IMG/VR virus record: IMGVR_UViG_3300003321_000657
Length of the DNA stretch: 20,000 bases
Source: an uncultured virus (IMG/VR IMGVR_UViG_3300003321_000657)
Taxonomy: Duplodnaviria; Heunggongvirae; Uroviricota; Caudoviricetes
Strand: one strand, 5' to 3'
Position 1 is the first letter of the stretch; every line of letters starts with the position of its first letter. Made by a program: the position numbers and the translations under genes. Positions 7,890-15,678 of this stretch are shown one piece after another. Under the pieces are notes generated by a model. It searched no databases. It saw only the letters and a list, made by a program, of their open reading frames with translations, and was not told the origin of the DNA.

Positions 7890-8075
7890 GTGATCGGCCA
7901 AATGAAACGGATGTTCATCGCTGCTCTGATTAAAGGTCCGTTCGCGACGGTCGCAGCGATTTGCGTCTACTGTGCATGCCGATACGGAGAATATAGCCCA
8001 GCCGGATGCGCTGCCTTCGTTACGGCCGCGCTCCTCATCAACAATGCAATGGATGAGACAGAACGTGGCAGATGA
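7890..8075 (+). CDS. Small membrane protein (2 TM)
   Basis: AGGAG RBS; two hydrophobic segments. Confidence 0.6.
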   Translation: MIGQMKRMFIAALIKGPFATVAAICVYCACRYGEYSPAGCAAFVTAALLINNAMDETERGR

Positions 8076-8574
8076 TATCAAGCCTTTCACGCACCAGCTC
8101 TTCATCATCCAGAAGAGCACGGGGAACTTCTGTCGGTTGACCGGCTGGAAAGATTACGAAAACGTTTCTGAAATTTGGCTACCAATCGGAATCAGGAGCC
8201 CGGAGCAATGGCACGAGATACTAAAACAGCACGGCGGAGACCGGTGGCAGGCAACAAGCGAGTACAAAAGCGTCGCGGTCGATGTAGCTGCGGAAACCGC
8301 ACCAGCGGCGAAGGACGACTCTGTAACGAATGCTACATCGCGGACTGCTTGTGAGATCCGCTATCCGACCTGCCCGGTCTGCAAGAAGACTTGGGAGCTT
8401 GAGGTCGGAAAGGAATACTCCGCGCCGGGCAATCCGGGACTGACATACCTGCCGGTCATGACACAGCGCGGCCGGGCGACGTGTCCGAAGTGTACGTTCG
8501 ATCCGAAGTACCGATCGTCCGGCCGTGATACGGTCAATTCACTGGTGGCGCGACAGCGGGAGAAGAAGCACTGA
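8065..8574 (+). CDS. Hypothetical protein with C-terminal zinc ribbon; start uncertain (8044/8053/8065)
   Basis: CPVC...CPKC. Confidence 0.65.
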   Translation: MADDIKPFTHQLFIIQKSTGNFCRLTGWKDYENVSEIWLPIGIRSPEQWHEILKQHGGDRWQATSEYKSVAVDVAAETAPAAKDDSVTNATSRTACEIRYPTCPVCKKTWELEVGKEYSAPGNPGLTYLPVMTQRGRATCPKCTFDPKYRSSGRDTVNSLVARQREKKH

Positions 8575-8801
8575 TGATCCCACGCGGAAAAGAAGGCGAC
8601 TACCTTGTTGAGATCGAAGTAGACGGCGTCTTCTCGCACCGGAAGTTTACCGGCGAGCATGCGAGCGCCAAGGCTGACACGTATGCCGCCAACATGAAAG
8701 CCAAGGCGTCGTACATCCGCATCTTCCGCTGGGATGGCTGGCATTCGGTAGCGTTCATTACTGGAGATCTCAATGGAAAAGTGCACACAAACCGGCGTTG
8801 A
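8574..8801 (+). CDS. Hypothetical protein
   Basis: TGATG overlap, GGAG RBS. Confidence 0.7.
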   Translation: MIPRGKEGDYLVEIEVDGVFSHRKFTGEHASAKADTYAANMKAKASYIRIFRWDGWHSVAFITGDLNGKVHTNRR

Positions 8802-9222
8802 TGTTCATGACTGCCGGTACTGCCAAGGCGAAGCTTGTAACCTCTGTGGCGCCGGATGCTGGAATAGCCGCGAGCGCAACTGCGAGCATGATGTAGTGCA
8901 ACGTCACGAGGGTGTCTGTATTCCAAAGAAAGCAGCAGTCGAAAAGATCCTAAAGCAGATTGAGAAACAGAACGAACGCGAACGCGAGAAAGAGCGCAAG
9001 GAACGCGAAGAAGCAGGGCGCGAACACGTCGTCGGTAAGTGCGTTGTTTGCGATGGCATCATCAAGGAGCATAAGTCAATCGAGCACACGCGCCTTGGTC
9101 CTGCGATCTACGGTCCGGGATCGCGAGGACAGATGAGTCACGGCGTCGTGCTTCACGGATACTACTGCATCGATTGCGGCATCAAGTACCAGCATCCGCC
9201 TAAGAAAGGCAAGAAGCGATGA
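8773..9222 (+). CDS. Cys-rich protein: two zinc-binding modules joined by a coiled coil
   Basis: CRYC, CNLC, CVVC, CIDC; E/R/K-rich linker. Confidence 0.75.
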   Translation: MEKCTQTGVDVHDCRYCQGEACNLCGAGCWNSRERNCEHDVVQRHEGVCIPKKAAVEKILKQIEKQNEREREKERKEREEAGREHVVGKCVVCDGIIKEHKSIEHTRLGPAIYGPGSRGQMSHGVVLHGYYCIDCGIKYQHPPKKGKKR

Positions 9223-9253
9223 AACTCTACCGCGATTTTTTGAGGGTGCGAGC

Positions 9254-9565
9254 GTGAGCATTCCGATGCACGGCGGATACCGCAAAGGTAGCGGCCGCAA
9301 AAAATCCTACGAGATCAAGCGCGAGTGGGATATCGGCAAGTGGGTCGTAAAGCGGATGAAGCCGACCGGCCGCGAGCGCGGATTTATGAAATGCTACACG
9401 TGCCGCCTGCCGAAGAGTAAGACAGTAGAGCTGGTGATCGGAAATCAAGGCTTCAACATCGGCGAGTATGAAAAGCGGCCGCACGGAGACTGGATGCGTC
9501 TGATGCTGGCGCGGGCGCTCATCCGACTGGTCGAACGCGAAACGGAAACGAGGGCTGCACAGTGA
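9254..9565 (+). CDS. Basic hypothetical protein
   Basis: HGGYRKGSGRK (GGxRxGAGR-like DNA-binding motif); GAGG RBS. Confidence 0.65.
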   Translation: MSIPMHGGYRKGSGRKKSYEIKREWDIGKWVVKRMKPTGRERGFMKCYTCRLPKSKTVELVIGNQGFNIGEYEKRPHGDWMRLMLARALIRLVERETETRAAQ

Positions 9566-9804
9566 GGAAATTTATTCGGCGGTATGTCGCTCGCTCGAAG
9601 CGAGGAGGTGGCTACGCCTGCGAGGGCGATACGTCATGCTCGATCGACCATTGCAAACGCGTCAGTGACGCCAAGCTGTTTTACGGCCCAAGCGCAATAT
9701 CCCAATGGATGGGAGGACACTACAAAGGCTACGAAGCCGTTCCTGTTAAAATCAGCTACGATCTCGGAGCGGCTGAGGAGATTCAAGCTCCAGTGGATGA
9801 TTAA
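9562..9804 (+). CDS. Hypothetical protein
   Basis: GTGA overlap. Confidence 0.65.
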   Translation: MRKFIRRYVARSKRGGGYACEGDTSCSIDHCKRVSDAKLFYGPSAISQWMGGHYKGYEAVPVKISYDLGAAEEIQAPVDD

Positions 9805-9807
9805 TCC

Positions 9808-10053
9808 GTGGCCAAAAGTAAATTCGAAATAAACGACGTCGTCGATTGCCCGTACTGCGGCCGTCGTGGGACCATCGTCAACCGCTGGGGCGGCGGCGAT
9901 CATCCGATCTCCTACCACGTCATCCATAAATGGGCGTGGGTCGATCTCCCGGGCAAGATGGGTGGTACGATCAAGGCAGAAGTTGTGTTAGAATCGTGTT
10001 GGAAAGGCGTCAAACGCATCAACCCTGACTTCATCGAAGAGGAGCCTTTTTGA
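9808..10053 (+). CDS. Small beta-barrel-like phage protein with acidic-PF tail
   Basis: KFEINDVV...GTIV (SH3/KOW-like start); ends EEEPF. Confidence 0.65.
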   Translation: MAKSKFEINDVVDCPYCGRRGTIVNRWGGGDHPISYHVIHKWAWVDLPGKMGGTIKAEVVLESCWKGVKRINPDFIEEEPF

Positions 10054-10436
10054 TGGAAAGACCAGTCGAGTTCGCTGAGTATCTTTCTGGTTACAGCCCG
10101 GTCTTATATGACGGTTGGTGTGGGGAACCAACAGCGTGGGGATTTAAAATCAGGCAGCGTATGGGAGAAGACAAGTTCTCCGCTCTCAGTCGCTACATGA
10201 CATCAATCGGCGGCGGTACAGAATGTGTTACTCTTGGTGAGTGGGTCGCGGTCGTGACCTATCTAAAACCGCAGGAAGCTATTGAAAAATATGGAGCCAT
10301 TACTGAGGTAGTTACCGGACCTCGCGGTGGATTCCGCACCGTTAAATACGGAGAAAAGAAATTTGTTTGCAAGCGCCTTGATCCAAGGCGCGCAGAAATT
10401 CCGGTAGATCCACGATTGATTCGAGTTGAAAAATGA
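10053..10436 (+). CDS. Hypothetical protein, lower GC than neighbours
   Basis: GAGGAG RBS; coupled to both neighbours; many A/T-ending codons. Confidence 0.75.
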   Translation: MERPVEFAEYLSGYSPVLYDGWCGEPTAWGFKIRQRMGEDKFSALSRYMTSIGGGTECVTLGEWVAVVTYLKPQEAIEKYGAITEVVTGPRGGFRTVKYGEKKFVCKRLDPRRAEIPVDPRLIRVEK

Positions 10437-12097
10437 AGCTCGCAATGCCGAAAGACGCGTGGGGTCCATGGGAACCGCGCTGGTGGCAGGCCGATTCTCT
10501 CCCCAAGCTCATCACCGAGTACAACCAGCCCATCCCCGGATCAAATGTGGTCCGAGCCGTGACCGGCTCCGGCAAGAGTAAGTCTATGGCGCAATTGGCC
10601 GCGTGCGCCATTCTCGAACCGAACGAATGTATAGTCGTTTCCACGCCATCCAAGTTTCTCGTCGAACAACTGGAAGACACCTTCCGTGAGCGCCTCGAAG
10701 GCGGGTTCATGTCTGGGACCAAGCGCGTCGGTACGTTCTACACCGACAGCAAAGACTACATGACCCCCATCATCATCTGCTGCACACCCAGCTTGGAAGA
10801 GCTGGCTAAGCGACTGGAGGCAAGTAAGCGCCGATGCGCGCTGTGGATCTGCGACGAAGTCCACCGCAGCTACGCGGCCATGGTCGTCAATGGCATCGAA
10901 AAGCTGCGGCCGCTGGCGTCGCTAGGCTACGGCGCCACGCCTTACCGGGCGAAGTGGAGTGAAAGCCTGCATCTGTTCGATCAGCTCATCTACGAATACA
11001 AGCCAGAGCAGGCGATCAAGTACGGCGACGTCGTGCCATTCAGGGCTGTGTTCTGGAACGGCGGCGAAGGCGGACTGGATGATGCCTGTATATCAATGAC
11101 CGAGCTGGCCGATGGTCCGGGTATGTACAATGCCGTGTCGATCGACGATGCGGACATGTTCGCCATCAAGCTTAATGAGCAAGGGATACCGGCGCAGTCG
11201 ATCCACAGCCGGATGCCCAAGGCAGAGCGCAAGAAGCGTATCGAAGATCTGCGTACGGGCAAGCTGCGAGCATTGATCCACGTCAGCATCCTACAGGAGG
11301 GCGCAGATCTGCCGTGGCTGCGCTGGCTATGTATGCGACGGCCGGTGACCAGCCGCGTGCGCTTCATTCAGGAGATCGGCCGGGTCATCCGCGGCTACAC
11401 CGATAAGGTGACCGGGATCAAAAAGACCGAGGCCGTGCTTTACGATCCGCATGGACTCCTGCAAGACTTTTCAATGACGTACGACGAAGTACTGGGCGGC
11501 GAGCGGGAGGTGGAAGAGGACGATGAAGAAGAAAAGCCGTCCCAGAAAAAGAAGAAGGTCTTTGAACAGCTCATTTTTGAAGTCATGCGCGAGCTGGTTA
11601 ATGTGCGTGCTGGCAAGAAGCCGCTATGCGTCACGCCTCTGGCAGCGTATCTGACGGAGCTCACCACCGCCTTCGACCTCTGTCAGCTTATCGATAGCAA
11701 GATCACGAGCCGGGAATGGCGGCAGAAACCGGCCACAGAGAAACAGGCGACCGGCGCCAAGTACCTCTCCAAGGAAGCCAACCGGGCATGCGTCCCAAAA
11801 GTCCACCGCGCGCCATTAAAAATGCTGGCCGACACGGTCGGAAAATGGAGCGACGCCGGGCAGTTTACGCCCATGCTCAGCCGGGGTTTAGCGTCAGACC
11901 TGACGTCTGTCTTAATGTCGCTGGCCGATAAAAAATCTTGGCCAGACCTAAAGGTTTTGGACCGATCTGCCGAAGATAGTATGAGAGCACACGAGCAGCG
12001 GCAGCGCGAGCTGACCAACCGCCCGGCCACGGCCCAACAGATAGTGCTCCCGCACCAGAAGGTACACAAGAAGGAACAGGGGCCGCAACTTTTTTAA
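10433..12097 (+). CDS. Superfamily 2 DEAD/DEAH-box helicase (ResIII/Helicase_C)
   Basis: AVTGSGKS (I), DEVH (II), GATP (III), LQEGADLP (V), QEIGRVIR (VI); C-terminal PATEKQ...LSRGLAS motif. Confidence 0.93.
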   Translation: MKLAMPKDAWGPWEPRWWQADSLPKLITEYNQPIPGSNVVRAVTGSGKSKSMAQLAACAILEPNECIVVSTPSKFLVEQLEDTFRERLEGGFMSGTKRVGTFYTDSKDYMTPIIICCTPSLEELAKRLEASKRRCALWICDEVHRSYAAMVVNGIEKLRPLASLGYGATPYRAKWSESLHLFDQLIYEYKPEQAIKYGDVVPFRAVFWNGGEGGLDDACISMTELADGPGMYNAVSIDDADMFAIKLNEQGIPAQSIHSRMPKAERKKRIEDLRTGKLRALIHVSILQEGADLPWLRWLCMRRPVTSRVRFIQEIGRVIRGYTDKVTGIKKTEAVLYDPHGLLQDFSMTYDEVLGGEREVEEDDEEEKPSQKKKKVFEQLIFEVMRELVNVRAGKKPLCVTPLAAYLTELTTAFDLCQLIDSKITSREWRQKPATEKQATGAKYLSKEANRACVPKVHRAPLKMLADTVGKWSDAGQFTPMLSRGLASDLTSVLMSLADKKSWPDLKVLDRSAEDSMRAHEQRQRELTNRPATAQQIVLPHQKVHKKEQGPQLF

Positions 12098-12180
12098 GGA
12101 ATCGCAAGTAATTTTGTGATTTTCACTATAGACGAGATGAGCTTTGCCGATTATATAGAAAGCGTTTTGTAAATTTGTGA
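12098..12180. promoter_or_regulatory. AT-rich putative promoter region
   Basis: Sharp AT enrichment in an intergenic gap; TTGCCG and TATATA/TAAATT-like boxes, but no well-spaced consensus pair. Confidence 0.4.
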
Positions 12181-12236
12181 GCGCAACGCTCCGCCGAGTC
12201 AACTAGATCACGCGCGAAAGCGCACGGGGAAATCGA

Positions 12237-12332
12237 ATGTCTGCCAACGTCAATAAACCTTCCACCGCCCGCAGCCACACGTCAACAAGCACGAACCGAA
12301 GTGCCGAGGTAACGCTCGGCGAATCCTCGTAA
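12237..12332 (+). CDS. Putative 31-aa Ser/Thr-rich leader peptide
   Basis: GGGGA RBS; MSANVNKPSTARSHTSTSTNRSAEVTLGESS*; overlaps the structured leader. Confidence 0.35.
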   Translation: MSANVNKPSTARSHTSTSTNRSAEVTLGESS

Positions 12333-12448
12333 CAAGCGCCCGTCACGACACCAGCCGCGCCGAAGGGACTGTCACGGCGCATTTCTGCAACACCGCTGCG
12401 GGCGGTGGTTGCTTGGTGTTTTGCACGAGTGAACTCATGTTACGAGGA
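12262..12448 (+). ncRNA. Structured leader/antisense-like RNA with alternative folds
   Basis: 14-bp perfect stem 12262-12275/12395-12408; inner hairpins 12303-12320 and 12336-12380; 11-nt anti-RBS 12324-12334 complementary to 12438-12448. Confidence 0.65.
12387..12422 (+). terminator. Conditional intrinsic terminator (alternative fold)
   Basis: GCAACACCGC-TGCGG-GCGGT(G)GTTGC followed by TTGGTGTTTT. Confidence 0.45.
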
Positions 12449-12454
12449 GGAGTT

Positions 12455-12823
12455 ATGAGTGTCAATCGTCAATTGGTGGAGCTGGAGCGCCGTCTGCGTT
12501 CCGAGTTCTTTGAAGAGATCCAGCGTATCGACAAGCGTATCGACGCCTTCTTTGAAAAACAGAAGAAGGCCAAGGACGCCGTCGATAAGATCCGCAGCGT
12601 GCAGGCTGAGAACACGCGGCAGCAGAACGAACGGGACGGGAAGAAGCTGCTGGAGATTCGCAAGGCGACCGGGCTGGATCAGTTCTATTTCGCGAAACGT
12701 TTCAAGAAAAGCCAAGCTTCTATCTGCATGATGGAGAAGGGTTTGCGAAGTTCTCGCAAGCTCTTGGATCAGATTGCCACGGATTCGGAGTTCCAACAGA
12801 TGGTGAAAGGACAGTCGGCATGA
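12455..12823 (+). CDS. Coiled-coil plus C-terminal XRE-type HTH regulator
   Basis: GAGGAGG RBS; LLEIRKATGLDQFYFAKRFKKSQASICMMEKG. Confidence 0.8.
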   Translation: MSVNRQLVELERRLRSEFFEEIQRIDKRIDAFFEKQKKAKDAVDKIRSVQAENTRQQNERDGKKLLEIRKATGLDQFYFAKRFKKSQASICMMEKGLRSSRKLLDQIATDSEFQQMVKGQSA

Positions 12824-13011
12824 GCCTGAACTTGGAGCAGTTGCAGAAGATCGCTGAGCGCGCCCGGGTCACAGATCGAGCGGACGCATCCTTCCGTCGC
12901 GACTTCGATCGCGCATTTACGCCGGACGTTGCGATCGAGCTTATCAAGCGTGTTCGGGAGGCAGAAGCTAAGCCCGCCGTAGCGGTCGAAGGACTTGAGA
13001 ACGTGACTTAA
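12820..13011 (+). CDS. Small Ead/Ea22-like phage protein
   Basis: LEQLQKIAERA...AFTPDVAIELIKRVREAE. Confidence 0.6.
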   Translation: MSLNLEQLQKIAERARVTDRADASFRRDFDRAFTPDVAIELIKRVREAEAKPAVAVEGLENVT

Positions 13012-13016
13012 AGCAA

Positions 13017-13048
13017 CCCGGCCTCGGAGCGCAACATCCGAGGCCGGG
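13017..13048 (-). terminator. 12-bp perfect hairpin, probable leftward terminator
   Basis: CCCGGCCTCGGA-8nt-TCCGAGGCCGGG; followed by TTGCTTT on the minus strand. Confidence 0.55.
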
Positions 13049-13158
13049 CAACGAGAAGGACGCGTCATGGCGGGCGCATCAAACAGCTAATCTTTTACCT
13101 GCCTGACGCTCCTCCGTCAACGTTATTTTTGAAACGTTTTCGAAAATGGAGGGAGCCA

Positions 13159-13503
13159 ATGACACGCAAGCGCAAGCGCAAGATTTACGCGCGCAAACCG
13201 CATCAGGACGGCTGGATCGACGGCCGTCGCGTACACCGTTTCAGATCGCGCGCGTACTGCGACACTTGCGGTCGCAGCTTCAATAAGGACCGCGCCGAAG
13301 CCGCTGGCCATATCTACACGCCAGCGCACGCAGACTACTACGGCGAGTGGGTCGAAGAACACACCATGTGTAAGGACTGCGTAGACAGCCTCAACGCGTG
13401 GTGCGACGAAGAAATGAAACGCATGGACGCGGATATGGCGCTCGAACAAGAGCGCAACGATGAGTTCAGAAGGATGGCCGAGACTGCGGAGGCGCAGGCA
13501 TGA
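13159..13503 (+). CDS. Zinc-finger hypothetical protein
   Basis: GGAG RBS; CDTCG...MCKDC. Confidence 0.75.
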   Translation: MTRKRKRKIYARKPHQDGWIDGRRVHRFRSRAYCDTCGRSFNKDRAEAAGHIYTPAHADYYGEWVEEHTMCKDCVDSLNAWCDEEMKRMDADMALEQERNDEFRRMAETAEAQA

Positions 13504-13730
13504 CTGAAGGCTATACGTGCTGGATCGACGGCGATCCTCACAACTGCGAGCGCGTCGAAGCTGATACCCCCAGCGATGCGGCTGAGATCTTCCTTCACGA
13601 TCGCGCTCAGTACGACAATAGTCTGATCAACAACTACACGAAAGTGCTCGTTCAACTGGGCAATTCAGTCAAGGAATACTCTGTCCTATGCGAATACCAC
13701 CTTGAGGCTGCGGCCGAGGAGCTTGAATGA
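13500..13730 (+). CDS. Hypothetical protein
   Basis: GGAGG RBS, ATGA overlap; VEADTPSDAAE motif. Confidence 0.75.
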   Translation: MTEGYTCWIDGDPHNCERVEADTPSDAAEIFLHDRAQYDNSLINNYTKVLVQLGNSVKEYSVLCEYHLEAAAEELE

Positions 13731-14059
13731 CCGACAAGGAAATCAACGACGCCTGTGCGTCGATCGTGATGGGCTGGAAACAGAAGGTGATCTGGGAAGG
13801 CGGAATCGGACTTCCGCAGTGGTGCGTCGGCGACAAGCCAGCCCAGCGAATCGATGGCTGGAATCCAGCCGAGAGCCTCGAACAGGCCAAGATCCTGCTC
13901 GATAAGATGCGCGTGCGCGAACATGTCGTCATCATCGAAAAGACCCATCGCGGTCCGTGGACTGTATCGCTCGACGGCATCGGCGTCGGCACAGATCCGG
14001 AGAATCTGGCGCGGGCGATCTGCAAAGCCTGTCTGGAAATGCATGGAGTCAGCGCATGA
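13727..14059 (+). CDS. Phage ABA-sandwich (BC1872-like) protein
   Basis: MTDKEIN..A..VMGW...WNP.....A..L...LARAICKACL. Confidence 0.78.
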   Translation: MTDKEINDACASIVMGWKQKVIWEGGIGLPQWCVGDKPAQRIDGWNPAESLEQAKILLDKMRVREHVVIIEKTHRGPWTVSLDGIGVGTDPENLARAICKACLEMHGVSA

Positions 14060-14337
14060 AGACGCCGGAGCCGCCCACAGACGCAGAGCTGGACCGGCTG
14101 GAGAAGGATCACATCTTCTTCGGCCCCAGCGGCTGTACGCAGGTCGTGATCGAAAAGGCGAAGCTGTACGCGCTGATCGCAGGCTGTCGGAAGTTCAATG
14201 CAATGCGGGACTCTATGGAAGAGTTCGCGGCCAAGATGGTCAAATGCGAGGCATGCGGCGTCGAATTCCCGACGCGCGAGACGACGACGGATGGAGCTTA
14301 CGTTATCTGCAAGGCATGCTCGGAGAAACACCTGTGA
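14056..14337 (+). CDS. Hypothetical protein with C-terminal zinc ribbon
   Basis: CEACG...ICKAC; GGAG RBS, ATGA overlap. Confidence 0.72.
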   Translation: MKTPEPPTDAELDRLEKDHIFFGPSGCTQVVIEKAKLYALIAGCRKFNAMRDSMEEFAAKMVKCEACGVEFPTRETTTDGAYVICKACSEKHL

Positions 14338-14382
14338 AGACCGTTTTTAAAATCATAGCTTCACATTCGATGAGGAGCCCTC

Positions 14383-14793
14383 ATGAGCGACTGCGACGAG
14401 CCAGACTTCTACAACGAACACTTCCGCACTGCGCGCAAGTGGCACAAATGCTGTGAGTGCGAAACGCTGATCGATCCCGGCGACAAGTACGTAGCCTGCG
14501 TCGGCAAATGGGATCGCAGCGTTCACGTTTATAAACAACATCTGTGCTGCTACCACATAGCCCGCTTCGTCAACCTTGATCTGCTGTCCTACTGGCCAGA
14601 CCTTCCAGAAGGACTACGCTACGCGCCTTTTCGTGAAAAAGTCCGCGAGGCATGCATCTCGTTTGGCGGGATTAAGTACGCCGTCGATGAGTTTTCCATA
14701 GGTGATTTCGAAAATTGCGTAGATGTGCTGGGATACTGGCAGCGCTGGCTCTCTGGAATTCGCGAAACGTTTTCAGAAGGAGCTGGGATATGA
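14383..14793 (+). CDS. Phage zinc-finger protein
   Basis: TARKWHKCCEC...I.PG.KY...HLCC; GAGGAG RBS. Confidence 0.8.
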   Translation: MSDCDEPDFYNEHFRTARKWHKCCECETLIDPGDKYVACVGKWDRSVHVYKQHLCCYHIARFVNLDLLSYWPDLPEGLRYAPFREKVREACISFGGIKYAVDEFSIGDFENCVDVLGYWQRWLSGIRETFSEGAGI

Positions 14794-15677
14794 GCCAGAA
14801 GAAAGCCATGTCGGCTGCCGACGTCATGAACAGCATCCGCGCGCGCTTCGCGGCGCAGAATGAATACACGGTGCTACAGCAGGTCGCCAACGCCACTGGC
14901 ATGTCTTGTTACTCATGGATCGATGCCGTGGTCATCAGCCTGTGGCCGTCGGCCGGGTGCAAGCGTAGCGCCTACGAGATCAAGGTCCACCGCGGTGATT
15001 GGCTGCGCGAGCGCGAGAACCCAGAGAAGAACCAGTGGGTGCGCGAATACTGCCACGAGTTTAGCTACGTAGCGCCCAACGGGATCATCAAAGAGGATGA
15101 GCTCCCGGCCGGAGTCGGTCTCTACCGCGCGAATGAGAAGACGATCACTGTCGTGCGGGCTCCGTCGTACCGCAATGATGCCAAGCTGGATGATGAGTTT
15201 CTCGCGGCTCTGGCGCGCGCTATGGACAAAGAGTTTCGGCGTAAGGAAGCGGAGCTGCATAAGACATTCAAGAACGATAATCGAGAATTTCGCTTGGCAG
15301 CCGTGTGGCAGGCAGCCGCGCATTCGTTCATCCGGCTTAGCGCTCAGTGGGCATCTGACCCGGACCCCACGGCGCCCGATGCGGTCACAAAGGCGCTGGA
15401 GCAGCTTAAAGCGGCTGGCGGCGGAAAAGCCGACCAGCGCGACAGGAAGCAGATAGAAGAATGCTGCTCACGCTTTCGCGAACACATCGCCGACAGCATG
15501 CAATTCTTTCTAGCCTTCGCGTACTACGGCATGCTCGATTTAGGCGAGCACCAGAATTTCATCCTGAACTACTACGGAACGTACGACGAGAAGGCGCTTC
15601 TTTCGAAAATGGAGAAGAACAAAGACAAGATGCGGGATGCGTTTTTGGAGCTGGTGAAGGCGAATCCAAGGGAGTGA
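14790..15677 (+). CDS. MmcB-like PD-(D/E)XK nuclease-fold protein
   Basis: IDAVVISLWPS...AYEIKVHRGDW.RE..NPEK...CHEFSYVAP...ELPAGVGL. Confidence 0.8.
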   Translation: MSQKKAMSAADVMNSIRARFAAQNEYTVLQQVANATGMSCYSWIDAVVISLWPSAGCKRSAYEIKVHRGDWLRERENPEKNQWVREYCHEFSYVAPNGIIKEDELPAGVGLYRANEKTITVVRAPSYRNDAKLDDEFLAALARAMDKEFRRKEAELHKTFKNDNREFRLAAVWQAAAHSFIRLSAQWASDPDPTAPDAVTKALEQLKAAGGGKADQRDRKQIEECCSRFREHIADSMQFFLAFAYYGMLDLGEHQNFILNYYGTYDEKALLSKMEKNKDKMRDAFLELVKANPRE

Positions 15678-15678
15678 T

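Noticed and set aside
13854..14456. 200-aa + strand ORF
   Set aside because: It is an alternative frame across three better-supported coupled genes.
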